The position numbers and the translations under genes are program-made. A DNA stretch of 64,000 bases, from NCBI RefSeq assembly GCF_963921235.1, contig NC_086097.1, positions 78,184,001 to 78,248,000 on the forward strand. Direction: 5' to 3'. A model generated the notes under the pieces. That model saw only the letters and a program-made list of their open reading frames with translations, searched no databases and was not told the origin of the DNA. This DNA comes from Mobula hypostoma. Taxonomy: Eukaryota. Positions 27,698 to 41,249 of this stretch are shown in pieces; position 1 is the stretch's first letter; each line of letters starts with the position of its first letter.

Positions 27698-30196
27698 TTT
27701 GGTGGTAGGTAAGGACAAGGGGGAAGGAAGAGTCCATAGAATGAAATACATTTAATCCTGTCTGTAATATATCCTAAGGATCTTACATCATGACTCAGAG
27801 ATCTAATACAATATGGTCATTAAATTAATTATAATTTCTCATTGGATACTACTTCCTAATTTGTTTTCTTTGTTTCTAATTCTTCAATCTTTTTAATGGT
27901 TCCAAACATGCTTTGACTCTATTAATATCTCCATTATTATATAATTAACACAATACAAATTATATCTGAGGCTACCATACATACATTTTGTGTTATCTTC
28001 ATCGAAAGGTTATGTTAGATTCTTTCACTGAAAGATATACAACCATTCCTACATAAAACATAAATACTCATCTACTAGAATTATTGTAAAGATGCTCAAC
28101 AAAACAACGCTGAGCTTTGTAGGCAGCATACAAAAACAAAACTGTTCTAGGAAGCTAGCCTCAATATTTAAGTTCACTTCATTGGAAAGAATCCTACTTG
28201 CACAAATGCCCAATTTCGGAAATTTCTGTATTGACATAGGGAGCAAAGGCAGGACAATAGAGAAATATTCAACCCACATATTTGTTCCAACACTCAGCAG
28301 CTGAAATGCACAAAGAAATTTTGCAATTTCAAACAGTAAATAAGTGAGTTGAATTATTCATTTTGTTTCAATCAAGCAAAATTTTTACGGAAGTCAGTTA
28401 CTGTTATTCAATAAATATTGCAGAAAGTAGCACCGTGATCAAATCCTTACAAGCTGTGACCTTAAGAGCAGTCAGGCAATCAAATCAGAACTGCACAAAA
28501 AGCTATTCAAGCCTGACTTTTCACATTTTTAATTTCCTTGATTTTATTGTTCTCTTTAGCCTCAACAAACTTTTGTTGATGTCGCACTCCCACTTTGGCC
28601 AGAAATGGCACGTACATAACCACAGCATAAAATGTGTCCCTTTAACTCACACAGTGCCCAAATCCTTTTAATTTCCTTCCGTGCCTTTGTGGTCAGATCC
28701 GTCTTTTGGACATTCAGTAAGTCAATTAGCATGCTCTCCCACAGGAATTCCACAGCATCATCCAAAATCATAAGGACTGTGTTCAGGATTGTTTCTCTGA
28801 CAACTCAAGTGCAGACAATGACAAAAAATAAAAATGGCCATTGATTCCCATGTTAACTCATTGTATCTAAAATTAGTTTCAAAAGTCAAGAATGAAGAAA
28901 GTCTCTGTAAGGAAAATGCTAAAGGAGACATTTTACTTTCAATAAATGCTGTTTTCTGACAACCCTCCAAGTAGTGCTTTTTTTCACAAATTACAGCATT
29001 TGGTATTCCCACCTGCCTGTAACTCAACCACAAGAATTTAGGCTAGACTAATGTTGATCCATGCAGTTTACAGCAATTGATAAGAAATCACTATGTAATT
29101 TGCACTTGTCAACATTAGCAAATTCTATCTTTGTCCCCACGTCCTTTTGGAATCCTACATTAGTTCTCCTCTGTACATCAGGGTGGCCTTGTCTAGGTGA
29201 TCATACTGACCGCAGATTACATATCCTGATCAGCCACTTAATAAAGATAAAGACTTGCAAGTACTGAAAATCTGGAACAACACACAAAATGCAGGAGGAA
29301 CTCAACAGGCCAGACATCTATGGAGGGAAATGGACAGTTTTGGGTCAAGACCCTTCATCAGGACTGACATTTAATAAAAGTGTGAAACCAGTTCAAAGGA
29401 AGGTTTACAGATCCTTGTCTGACAATTATGCCCATTCCTTCAGAAACATTGGATCAATCATCTACCTTTCTCTGATCAGCTGCCCTACCAAAAAAATACA
29501 AACATTCCAATTGTGCAAGTGAATCTTGAGTCTGCAATAAAAATAAGTTGCATAATTTATTATCTCTACAATATTGTTACAAAAGACCAAATCCACAATA
29601 AAACTACCTTATTAGTTAACAACTTGATGATCATAGAATCATAGAAATCTACAGCACATTACAGGCCCTTTGGCCCACAATGTTCTGCCGACCATGTAAC
29701 CTACTCTAGAACCTACCTAGAATTTCCCTACTGCATAGCCCTCTATTTTTCTAAGCTCCATGTACCTGTCTAAGATGATGTCCTTTGTTGCGTACAAGGC
29801 TCACTAGTCAGAGATCTGACATCCATGTCTTCTCCCAATAACATCACCCCTATTCCTTTCAAGCTCCACGGGGGACCCTTCCATCACCTGTTTGACTCTT
29901 AAGACCTGTGCTCTCATCAAAGCAATGTATCTTCTTGAAGTAAATGCCAGCTCGCATACTCCATGCCACTGATTTCAGATTATTCTTCATTTCACCACCC
30001 AAGCCCATATTTCAGCCACCATTTCTTACAAAGGTTATTGCTGTTGACAGTGTGAATCGGTTTGAGAATTACTTCCTTCACTATTTTTACCATAGCCTGA
30101 GGGATCTTGCTAACATCTCAGTTAGAGGGCTTTTGATATCCTCTCTAGGGTTTTACAGTTGGTTTTACAGGTCTGAGAGAAGGCTGGTTTGATAGA

Positions 30197-30266
30197 GGCA
30201 ATAGTGAATTGAGTTGGTACTCCCTTGCAATAGTGAATTGAGTTGGTACTCCTTTGCAATAGTGAA
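30197..30266. repeat. 29-bp tandem repeat, about 2.4 copies
   Basis: gcaatagtgaattgagttggtactcc(c/t)tt repeated. Confidence 0.85.
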
Positions 30267-30294
30267 TGATTAGTTTAAACTCCGGTTTTATAGA

Positions 30295-30365
30295 CAAGAG
30301 AAAATCTGCAGATGCTGGAAATCCAAGCGACGCACACAAAATGCTGGAGAAATGCAACAGACCGA
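30295..30365 (-). mobile_element. Tiny PLE pLTR-terminal insert with 11-bp TSD
   Basis: 'aaatctgcagatgctggaaatccaagc..cacacaaaatgctggag'; TSD ggttttataga at 30284-30294 and 30366-30376. Confidence 0.75.
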
Positions 30366-31891
30366 GGTTTTATAGATTCAGTTATCTGATGAGGCCAGTG
30401 TTGGAACCTTTGACTCTTCCATAGATGGGATAGGGGTTGCATGATTGGAGTTGCATATTAGTTTCTGAGATGGCACACTTCTTCCACTATTTTACCGTGA
30501 GTTTAGAGAAAAAAAATGGTCTCAGGATAATCTTGAAAGTACTGGTCAGGGAAATGCAGACACATTTGACATCAAACCTTGAGAAGTCAATACCACCAAA
30601 AACAAAATCGTTTGTCAACTGTCTCATTTTCAATTGTAGGTTCGGATACTAATTCTAGAGAGGATTAAACTGAACACTCAGGAAAGATTCATAAGGCATT
30701 TGCCTACACAGCAATAGTGACTATTTTTCAAATATAATTCATTGGCAATAAGTATTTAGGAGGTCCAAAAAATGAAAAGAAATGTGTTGAATAGATCATA
30801 CTGTATATAGTCAATAAAATTAAATTTTTTTTAAACGTTAAATAAAATCAGTCTGGCATTACAGGACAGTGGCCTCTTGGCAGTTACTATTTCATGGGAA
30901 GCTCAGATACCCATCAGTTCAGTGGGGGGCAAGGAATGTGTATAATAGTAAAACAGTAGTGAGGACAAACTTCACAAGAATCAAATGCTGCCTCAAACGT
31001 AAACAGGAATTCAGTGTTGCGTGTAGCATAACGGCCACACTAATTCTGAAGAAGAGCAAACAGTACCCCCAGCAGAGATTTATCATGCTTCTAACTAATA
31101 GATGGAATTAAGACCTTCTGTCGTACAAAACTTCGTGAACCATCCTCTGGGATGTGTTGAGAGACATTCTAAATAATTTATTACCCAAATAAAGGAATTC
31201 TTGCATTCTTTCCACTTAGCTCATTTTTGATTCTTAACATTGTTTTTTTTAACCATAGTTCTCCTGGGAGAACTCTGACCACAGAACTTCCATTAATTGT
31301 TAATATTGAAAAGCGACGACAACTTAACTTACATTTTAAAGGAGGAACTAATTAATAGTAATAAATATTTGGCCTGCATTACTTCATAATGTGCTTTCAG
31401 AGGAGAGATTGGGTTGCTTTAATGATGATATGTGAATTCCAACAGGCTCTAACTGCACACAGTATTTAACATAGCTGAAAACAGCCATTCAACCCCAGTG
31501 GACTGTGTTGGTGTTTTATGTTTCACCTAGTCTCTCATATAGAACATTACCACAAAGGAACAGGCCCTTTGGACCATAATGTCTGTGCTGAACACAATGC
31601 CGCATTAAAATAATTCTCATTTTCCTGCCCACGATCCATATCCCTCCATTCCTTCCACATGTCTAACAGCTTCTTAAACACCACTTATATCCCATAGATT
31701 TTTGTAAGGAAAAAATATTACAGGTGGCTAAAATTAAATGAAGTAACAAAGTTTATATATGACAGAACACATTTTGAGAAAATATTTAAAGAAAGAAAAG
31801 GTAAGTAGAAATACTTACATTTATGAGAATTTATATCAGAATAATTGAAAGCACAGTATAGTTCGGACTGAAAGTATAACAAATGTAAAAT

Positions 31892-32965
31892 ACACATACA
31901 AAATGCTGAAGGAACTCAGCAGGCCAGGCAGCATCTATGGAAAAGAGTAAACAGTCGAAGTTTCAAGCCGTGACCCTTCATCAGGACTGGAAAGGAAGGG
32001 TTAAAGGAATCAGACTTCAGGTGGGGGGAGGGGAGGAAATAGTACAAGGTGGCAGGTGATAAGTGAAACTGGGAGATAGGGAAGGTCGAAGTAAAGAGCT
32101 GGGAAGTTGATTGGTGAAAGAGATACAGAGCTGGAGAAGGGGGAATCTGATCGGGGAGCACAGAAGACCATGGAAGAAAGGGAAGGGGGAGGAGCACCAA
32201 AGAAAGGTGATGAGCAGGTAAGGAGATAAGGTGAGAGAGGGAAACAGGAATGGCGAATTTTGAATAGAGGAAGTGGGGCAATTACCGGAAGTTCAAGAAA
32301 ATGATGTTCATGTCATCAGGTTGGACCCTACTCAGATGGAATGTAATGTATTGCTCCTCTAACCTATGGTCAGCCTTGTTGTGGCAGTACAGCAGGCCAT
32401 GGACTAATTGACATGTCGGAATGGGAATGGGAAGTAGAATTGAAATGGGTGGCCACCAGGAAATTCCATTTTCTGTGAAAGATGGAGCAAAGGTGCGTGA
32501 CAAAGTGGTCTCCCAATGTACATCAGGTCTCACCGATAAACAGGAGGCCACACCAAGAGTACCAGATACAGAGTATGACCCCAACAGACTCACAGGTGAC
32601 GTGCCGCCTCACCTGGAAGGACTGTTTACAGCCCTGAATGGTAGTGAAGGAGGAGGTGTGGAGCCATGCATAGCACCTGTTCTGCTTGCAAGGAGGGAGA
32701 TCAGTGGGGAGAGACTAGTGGACAAGGGAGTTGCGTAGGGAGTGATCCCAGGGGAAAGTGGAAAGTGAAGGGGAAAGAAAGGTGCCTTGATGGTGGAATT
32801 CCATTGGAGATGGCAGAAGTTACAGAGAATTAAATGCTAGAGGCTAGTGGGGTGATAGGTGAGAACAAGAGGAACCCTATCCCTGCTGTGGTGGCGGGTG
32901 GATGGGGTGAGGGCAGACGTGCACAAAATGAAAGAGGTGTGGGTGACGGCAGCATGGATGGTAGA
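31892..32965 (-). mobile_element. PLE fragment (RT end, GIY-YIG, pLTR with hammerhead motif)
   Basis: ORF 32282-32593 ends VHGLLYCHNKADHRLEEQYITFHLSRVQPDDMNIIFLNF; minus strand cagtc-CTGATGA-agggtcacggctt-GAAAC-ttc-gactg near 31952-31989. Confidence 0.85.
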
Positions 32966-33519
32966 AGAAGTGTGTGCATATGTGTGTGTGCGTGTGTATG
33001 TGTGCGTGCGCGTGCGTGTAATGTGACAAGGAGATTAATTTGACAATGATATTGTTGTTAATCACCTGCTGCCCTTGTATTTCTAGGTGGTAAAGGTTAC
33101 AATTATGGGAGGTGTTGTCAATTTAAATATTGATCATTCGTCTGACCAGGATCTCTTGGAAAATCTACAGCAGCCCAGGGCTTAAATGATAAGCAGTAAT
33201 ATTAGTCTAAAGAGGTACTTTCCAAAGGGGCATGCAACATCCAATTTGTAACTAATAACCACATGCATCAATCTCATGAATCCCCGGACAAAACAAGAGA
33301 TGACCTGCTAGAAGGCTGACGACCTATAAAACTCCTGTGATGCAACCAGAGGTAACAAATGATTCCATCCCTTCTCCAATTATAACAAAAGTGTGAAAAT
33401 ATGTAAAGATTGTGTTGCCCATAATACGTATTTTACCGAGGGCAGACTGAGCTCTCCAGGTTTAAAGGATTAGATCTCAATATTATGACAGAGGTTACAA
33501 AGGTCAGGCAATGGGCCAG

Positions 33520-34190
33520 TAAATTTCAAGTTGCATTTGCAGTACACAAGAGCCAGGCAATTGTCATCTCCAAAAAGAGGGTGGGTCATCTCCACCCACT
33601 CTTGATATTTTGACTTTCAACAGCTTCATTATTGCCACATCTTGGTGAGTTCTGGGTTTTCTATAGTGAGTGACTCACTACGAACTCCTCCACACCTTTC
33701 CATTAATAATAGAGCATATGTCAGGATGATTAAATACTCTTCACTGTCCTGGATGAGTGTGGCTCCTGCAACGCTATTAAGTAAGGGTAAAGCAGCCAGT
33801 TTGATTACAACCCCGTCCACTAGTCAATGACATTGAACCCATGCAACCAGTGCACTATGACAACAGTAATAATCGTCTCTAAGATCCCTTGACACAAATC
33901 ACCAAGGCTTCTTTGGAATATCTCCTTAAGCTGCAGTCTCTGAGACCGAGAGGCACAAGGGCAGCAGAAGCATAGAAGCACACATTTCCAACTCATAAAG
34001 CAATCGGACTGGGAAATACATTGCTGCATCTCCATTGGTATTGGGTCAAAACCCCGGAATTCTCTAGTTAAAAACTAAACAGTAACTTAGGTAAACAGAC
34101 TGCTTTAATTCATAAAGACTGCTCATTAAGACAACCTTTAGGGCATTCATAAATGTGTAATACATGCTGGCTTTACTAATATTGTCCAAG
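33520..34190 (+). mobile_element. Old, decayed CR1/L2-group LINE 3' fragment
   Basis: Translation remnant 'VRMIKYSSLSWMSVAPAT...KAASLI' resembles a non-LTR ORF2 C-terminal region; a related minus-strand piece lies near 6720-6990. Confidence 0.55.
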
Positions 34191-34819
34191 TCATGTGTAT
34201 AATAACAATAAAGAACATTCAGAGGAGTTTACTGCCTGAGGGCCTAGATAGAGCATGCATTGCTAGGTAAATCAGACTATTACATATTGCTAGGTAAATC
34301 ATAGATAGAGCACTTATTGCTCGGTAAATTGGACTATTGCATATGATGAGGAGTCAGAGAGACTACATTAAGCATTGGTCTGAACTAGTTATTGGACAAG
34401 GCAATGGCTACTTTCAACTGAGTGAATCAAATGGGTGAGGGAATAAAGATGTGCATGAGGAATGTACAGTGCCCCAGAAAGGATGTAACTCAAGTCAGTC
34501 ACCTGGTCAGGTTTTTTAACTAGCGATTCATAAATTACGTATGAGACTCAATATATTTTCTGGAGTAAAACAGCGTCAATTGCTCAGAGCGACATGTTTT
34601 CTATTTCCAACATTTTCAGGCAATCTAGTATTGGAATGTGCAGGAAATATTCCCACATCAAAGTCAGAAGCAAATCTAAAACCCACATTGCAAATGTGGC
34701 CATACTTCAGAAAACAGACGACTGATGCTACAAGTTTACATTCCCAACAGTAGCCTCCAGAGAGATTTCAAATGTCTTAAACCCTTGAACAGTTTCACTT
34801 GAAATCATCAACAGGAAGG

Positions 34820-35875
34820 AAGTTCATACAAATTTGGTAGATTGGACAAAAAATGGTGGTGATGGGAGTAGGGGTTTGTTATCTTGACTGGTGGACTTTG
34901 AGCAGTGCTGTTCCACAGGGGTCAGTGTTAGGAACTTTATGACCTCTGTTGTTTGTGATACACTGGACCCAAAAGTAGGTGGGATAACTATTAAGTTCTT
35001 CAGACAACAGCAAAGTTGCCAGAGTTGTGGATAGTGATGAAGGTGATCAAAGGATATAGCAGGATATAGATCAGTTGGAAACGTGGGGAGATAAATGGCA
35101 AAAGGAGTTTAATCTGGACATGTGTAAGATGTCACATTTTGGGATGCAAGAGGAAAGTATGGCATAATCCTATGGAGCATCGATGTTCAGAGGCAACCTA
35201 GAGTGCAAGTCCATAGTTGCTGAAAGTGGAAACACAAGTAGAAAGGCATACAGCATATTTACTTCTATCAGTCAGTGAGTACCAAAGTTAGCAACTTTTG
35301 TTGGAGCTTTATAAAGCTTTAGTCAAACCATATTCTGAATATTCTGTGCATTTCTGGTTGCCGCAGTGCAGGAAGGATAAGGAGGCTTGGGAAAGGGTGC
35401 AGAAAAGGTTCGCCGGAATATTGTCAGGATTAGAATGTTATTACCTATAAGGAGTGGTTGGACAAACTTGGATAGTTTACTCTAGAGACTGGATGGGGGA
35501 AACCACTGTCTATGCTCATACATAAAATTATGATGAGCATAGACAGTGCAGGTAGATTTCTTTTCTCTGGGTGGAAGCTTCCAATACTAGAATGCATCAT
35601 TTTAAAAATGAGGGGGAGGTTTAAAGAAGATTTATGAGATAATTATTTAATACAGAGAATGGTAGATGCCTGGAGCATACTGCCAGTCAACGTGGTAGAG
35701 GCAGATATGATAGCAATAATTAAGAGGCACATGAACAGGCAGAGAATGGGGGGATGGGGAGGGGAATATAGATTACGTGCAAGTAAAAGGGAAGAGCTTA
35801 AACTGGCATCATGTTCAGCCAAGACATCATTGACCAAAAGACCTGTTCCTGTGCTGTCCTGTTCAATATTTTATT
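34820..35875 (+). mobile_element. Decayed CR1 LINE RT and C-terminal fragment
   Basis: 'agtgctgttccacaggggtcagtgttagga' (VPQGSVLG); LYKALVKPYSEYSVHFWLP; CR1-type 3' UTR. Confidence 0.85.
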
Positions 35876-36746
35876 ACCCAAAATAAAGCTGCACTAATAA
35901 CTTAACTCTGTAAAAGTGTACAGTATATGCAAAATAAAGATTGCTTAATAAAAGAACTGGAGATAATTATCTTATGGCATGTGTGAAAATGCTTGCTATA
36001 TGTATTAACTTGTTCTTATAAGTGCAACACGTAACTCCAATTGCAAGAATTAAAGTTTCCATTGATTCAGCAAAAGAAACTAAAGACATAAGGACAAGAG
36101 CATTACTGAAGGAAAGAGTAACAACTGGACAAATTGGGAGGCTGTTGAAGCAATTGATTCAGGTTAATGCCAAGATTTGGGTGTAGTACAGCAACAAGTT
36201 ATAAGCTTGTCTCACGTGCATAGTTAAGGCTAATACATTTCAAATCCAGTGAACAGCACCACAAGCTTCAGAAAGTGCTCAATGCCAATATCTATCAACA
36301 CTCAGCTACAGCTTTCAACTGCATCACCTCAGCAACACTCCAAATATTACATTTCATTTAACAGCTTACATCTATCACCAGCTGTTGCATAACTACATGC
36401 AAACCCACAGCACACGCACACATGCATAAACACAAACACTTCCCTCTCAATTACAAGATATAGTATCGTACAAATGCATATAACTAAATGCAGCTCATGA
36501 GACAGATGGGTCTGCATTTCCAAACTTTGTGGGTCAGCAGCAAAACTGAATGCATTGAAACATTATACCACGCCCTCCAGTCTACTGGTCAGCCCACAAC
36601 CTCTTGAACTCGCAAGCAGTCGATGTTGCATCTCCTACTTTATCTCTCACCATACTCTAACATTACAGCCATATGTTTTTCTTTACAGATAATGAAGAAC
36701 TGTAACTTTTATAGTTAATGCAGAGCAGCAAAAAGATACTCATTCA

Positions 36747-36945
36747 GCAAACACAAAGTGCTGGAGGAATTCAGCAAGCCAGCTGGTTTCGTCCCCTTTC
36801 CTTTCCAGTCCTAAAGATAGGTCTTGGTCCAAAACATTGACTGTTTATACACTGCCATAGATGCTGCCTGACCTGCTGAGCTCCTTCAGCACTTTGTGTG
36901 TGTTGCTCAATTTGTCCAGCATCTGCGGAATCTCTTGTGTTTAAA
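36747..36945 (+). mobile_element. PLE pLTR-derived insert with inverted 5' segment and 11-bp TSD
   Basis: TSD atactcattca at 36736-36746 and 36946-36956; 'acacaaagtgctggagg' is inverted relative to 'ccttcagcactttgtgt'. Confidence 0.8.
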
Positions 36946-37046
36946 ATACTCATTCAAATTCACACTCACAGCCACCAGCGTAGACCCTGGTAGTGATTGT
37001 TATATAGTGAATTACATGGACAGGTCAGATTTACATGTGGTGAAGT

Positions 37047-37690
37047 AAGATTAGATTAGATTAGATTATGAGGACATGCAGTCCTCTTTTAGTGTCATTT
37101 AGTAATGCATGCAATGTTTTTCCAGAATGATATCACAGAAACACATGACAAACCGACTTAAAAACTGACAAAAACCACATAATTATAACATATAGTTACA
37201 GCAGTGCAAAGCAATACCATAATTTGATAAGAACAGACCATGGGCATGGTAAAAGTCTCAAAGTCTCTTGAAAGTCCCATCATCTCACGCAGACGGTGAA
37301 CCTCCAGCGCCGCAAACTTGCTGATGCAGCATCCTGGAAGCATCCGACCACAGTCCGACTCCGAGTCCGTCCAAAAACTCCGAGCCTCCGACCAGCTCTC
37401 CGACACCAAGCACCAAGCACCATCTCTGCCGAGCGCTTCAACCCTGGCCCCGGCAATAGGCAATAGGCAAAGCTGAGGATTTGAGGCCTTCCCCTCCGGA
37501 GATTCTCGATCGCACAGTAGTAGTGGCAGCGAAGCGGGCATTTCAGAAGTTTCTCCAGATGTTCCTCTGTGCTTCTTCACGTCTGTCTCCATCAAATCAG
37601 GATTGTTCACGGCATCCTACTTCACAGATACAATATCATTCAGAACAGCCGTGCGCGCTGCGTCACGCCGCCATCTTCTCCTCCCTCCTA
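37047..37690 (-). mobile_element. Non-autonomous retroposon with AAGATGGCGGCG head and (TCTAA)n tail
   Basis: Minus-strand head gaagatggcggcgtgacg near 37680; CpG-rich body; tail reads ttagattagattagatt on + at about 37050-37068. Confidence 0.65.
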
Positions 37691-38429
37691 AAGGCATGAA
37701 TGAAGTGCAAGGTGGGGAAAAACAAGTATCTACTTGCTAGAGAGCAAGCTCTGTTGGCAAGAACTAAGGTTAGGACTGTGATAGGATAGTCTGTGGTGGA
37801 ATACTGGTTAAAATTAATTGCCCAATGTATTGCAAGGCTTGCCTAAAGAACGGTATTCCATGTTAATGAGTACAGAGCAGTCTGATATGACCTTGTGCAG
37901 TGTCAAGCCACATAAAGAGTCCAGCATCAAAATCACACAGGGTTTTGAATGAGCTTGGAGATGTCATGCATCAGCATAGTGTTATGATCAGCTCAGTTTG
38001 CACAGATAGATCCAGTGATTCAGCGTCCACTGAAAACCATGTAGCATCCAGCCGAAGCCAAACTCAGACTGCTCCCAGGAAACGTAGTTTGTTGGCACAC
38101 CTACAATTCATAAAGATTTGCAAGTGTATGAGTGGTGGGTTCTGCAAATTTGCACTAGCTGGAGACTTGATCTGGCAAATTGAAACTGCTTACAAATTGC
38201 TGACACAGTCCATTTACTTTGCACACTTGCAGTTGAGTTTTCAGCATGCGTCTTACTGCGCTCACCAATGTGGCATCCAGTGTAAAGCAAATCTGCACAT
38301 ATGCCAGAACAAACCTCAAATTATGACAGCTGAGTTGCTACTCCTGAAGGTGTTTGTAGGAATGTACTCCATTAAAACTGAATTTTCTCCAATGTGTCAA
38401 AACAGTGATGAGCAAACCAAGAAAAGGCT

Positions 38430-39070
38430 TGGCATTCATTCCTGGCCATCCCATTACAGGGAGGATGTGGAGGCTTTGGAGAGGGGGCAGAAGATGTTTA
38501 CCAGGCTCTTGCCTAGATTGGAGGACAAGTGCTATTGGAGAGGCTGGACAGACTTCAGTGGTTTTCTCTAGGGTGATGGAGACCTCACAGAAAATTATGA
38601 GAGGCACAAATAGACTAAACATCTGGGATCTATTTTTCCAGGGTTGAAATGGCACGTATTTCAGGTGAAAGTGGGAAAGTTCAAAAATCATGTACAGAGC
38701 AAATTTTTCTACACCGTGAGTGGAGAGTGCCTGGGGTGTACTCTTCTTAAAAAGGTGTGACACAGTATTGTAGTGATTAGTGTAATGTCTTATAGCACCA
38801 GTGAGTTGGGTTCATTTCCCGTCACTGTCTGTAAGGAGTTGATACATTCTCTTCGTAACTGCAATGGTTTCCTTTGGGTGCTCCCACATCTCAAAGACAT
38901 GTGGGTTAAGAGGTTAATGGGTCTCATGGGTGTAATTGGGTGCTGTGGGCTACTTGGGCTAGAAGAACCTGTTACCGTGCTGTGTCCCTAAATAAAATAA
39001 ATAAGATGTGCTTCCAGAAGTGGTAGTGGCGACTGATATAATAGAGATGTTTAATAGACTCTCAGATAGG
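38430..39070 (+). mobile_element. CR1 fragment interrupted by a V-SINE
   Basis: HYREDVEALERGQKMFTRLLP; CR1 sequence resumes after about 39005. Confidence 0.7.
38755..39003 (+). mobile_element. tRNA-derived V-SINE (HE1-like)
   Basis: tRNA-like head (tgtagtgattag...gggttcatttccc), V-domain-like 'ctgtctgtaaggagtt...tcccacatctcaaagacatgtgggtta', A-rich tail. Confidence 0.7.
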
Positions 39071-40744
39071 TTTCAATACAGCTGAGAAGTGCTTTAGTTT
39101 TAAAATTTGGAGAATGGATAAACATGAGGCAAATGCAGAGTAGTTTTATTTGGGGATTTTAACTCTCATAAAAAGCCCAGCTCATGCCAAAAGAATAGTT
39201 TCCAGAATGTGTATTGGCGAGGTTTATAAAATATCAATAATGTCAGGGAACCAGCAAGATGGTAGATCATAAAATATTCAGTGATGAGTAAGATCACACC
39301 TAATCTGCAGAATGAACCACAGCTGAGATGCAGACAAAACAGGCCAAATTGCAGCAAAGTAATACGAATGTTTTAATAATATGTCAGTAAGCTAACTTGT
39401 TTCTGAAGGGTGGATTTGCAGCTTGAACAATATGAGCACTATTTATAATACTTTAGAATTAAATGAAGTCCCCCACCTAGATCTACTCTGCACTCTTGAT
39501 TCTCACAGCGCTTTCTCCAAATGTTCAATATATATACAAATACTAACTCATTGGCTGAGAAGGAGCAGTAGATGGAGAACAGGAAGGGTTTCTTTGCTGT
39601 GTTTGACCTAAAGTCATGAACTTTATGGGGTTCTGAGTCAATATCAGGACTGCAAGGGCCACATTTTATCTAATGCATACTATTGTTCCTTTCATGAGTC
39701 AGTCTGCCAAATGGGAAAGAACAAAAGGTTAATTTTTATCTGTCCCAGCTTGATATCACTACTGTGTTCCTAAAGAAGACTTTGCAGTGCTGACTGGAAT
39801 AGGAATGTTTTCTACTTGACCAAGTCTAACTGTAATCTGCCATTTCTATTTATTGAACATAAATGCAGTAGTTTGATAGAATGAAGACACTTACTGTGTT
39901 GTTTCAATGGATAGTTTAAAAAGAACCACCACTAATTCACACTTAGATCAGACAAGACAAAGTCATCAACTTTCTTTGAAGGATCTTGGCAAACCCAGAA
40001 AAGTTTTAAAAGCAGTTCTGTGGTTTAATTAGTACAATTATTTTTAATATCGAGTTATTGAATTAAATGAATTTAAATTTCCCATCTGCTCGATAGGATA
40101 ATTACTAACAGATCTGGATCTTTTTCCAGGCGTTAGGATTACTACAGTAATTTAAACAACATTGCTTTAGTAACCATAGGAGTGAGTATGTTACATAAGC
40201 AGGAAAGAATTCTCTGTTTACATGCAATCATACTTGCTTTTGGTAAAATAGATAACCACAGAGACAAGCCTAGAATCCAAGAAATAAATATATGTGGCAA
40301 TTTATTGTGGCCAAAGACCATGAAAATATTTCATCAAGCAGGAGAGCAGATATTCTCAAAATGAACACTAACAATCCTCCTGATCATATATATTTTCATA
40401 CATTTAATCTTTCAAGTGAATTAAATTAGCTAAAATACATTAGATTATATAATCCTCACAATATGTAAGCAAATTCCAATGAGTTAAGGCCAAGATTTAA
40501 ATTAAAACCAAAATTATTAACAGAAGGCTCTAGTTTAAGATTTCTATCAAATTTATAAACATCCCATCACTTCAAACTGGGAATATATTAGATATATTGC
40601 CAAACATATGTTACTGTCCCTACTCACTATTCTCTATCTCACTGATGGGTCCTGAGTGGAAATACAGCTGTATTCTTTGTATCTGCTGCTCCCCCTGACA
40701 TCCAGTGCCCCTGTCAAAATTAGTCTCTAAACCCAAATCATTTA

Positions 40745-40920
40745 ACAAATTGTGTAGTCATTCTTACATTGCTATTTCTGGAATCTTGCTGCACATGCTT
40801 TGGCCACCACATTTCCAAATTGCAATGGTGACTGTACATCAAGAACACAGCATATCATTCATTGTCATCCACTTTGGGATGCTCAAAAATTGTATCTAGC
40901 ACCATAAGATGCAAAAGCCT
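40745..40920 (+). mobile_element. Deu-SINE (SacSINE/AmnSINE-like) 3' fragment
   Basis: 'cattgctatttctggaatcttgctgcaca...catttcc...gtgactgtac..tcaagaa...ctttgggatg...gatgcaa' resembles the recalled Deu-SINE 3' consensus. Confidence 0.5.
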
Positions 40921-41249
40921 TTTACTGTGTCATTCACTGGAAGACTGGGTAGGTGGGGGGGAAGATGCCGTTTGGGACATTTGGTTTGATAGATCAGGTG
41001 GGTGTAAGGATACAAGACTGCAGAATTGTGCACACATGTTACTTTTACGCTTCTACTCCTGCAGTCGATTCAATTGTACATGGCTACTTACTCCCTACTA
41101 CATGGAATGAAATGATCCGAAACAACTCTGATGAGATCACCACGCCACTTCATCTACTAGAAGAAGTCACCTTGGGCGGAAATGTCATAATGGACCTCAA
41201 TGAGGAACAGTTTTAAGATGTGCAGAGCAATGATAATAACAGCCCCATG

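Noticed and set aside
34255..34345. Short imperfect repeats of attgctaggtaaatc; also (CA)n near 23694 and (GT)n near 32970
   Set aside because: Ordinary slippage-type micro-duplications and microsatellites.
37900..38571. 223-aa ORF
   Set aside because: Non-ATG start, C-terminus is CR1-derived, and the rest has no recognisable motif; an open frame of this length can arise by chance in 64 kb.
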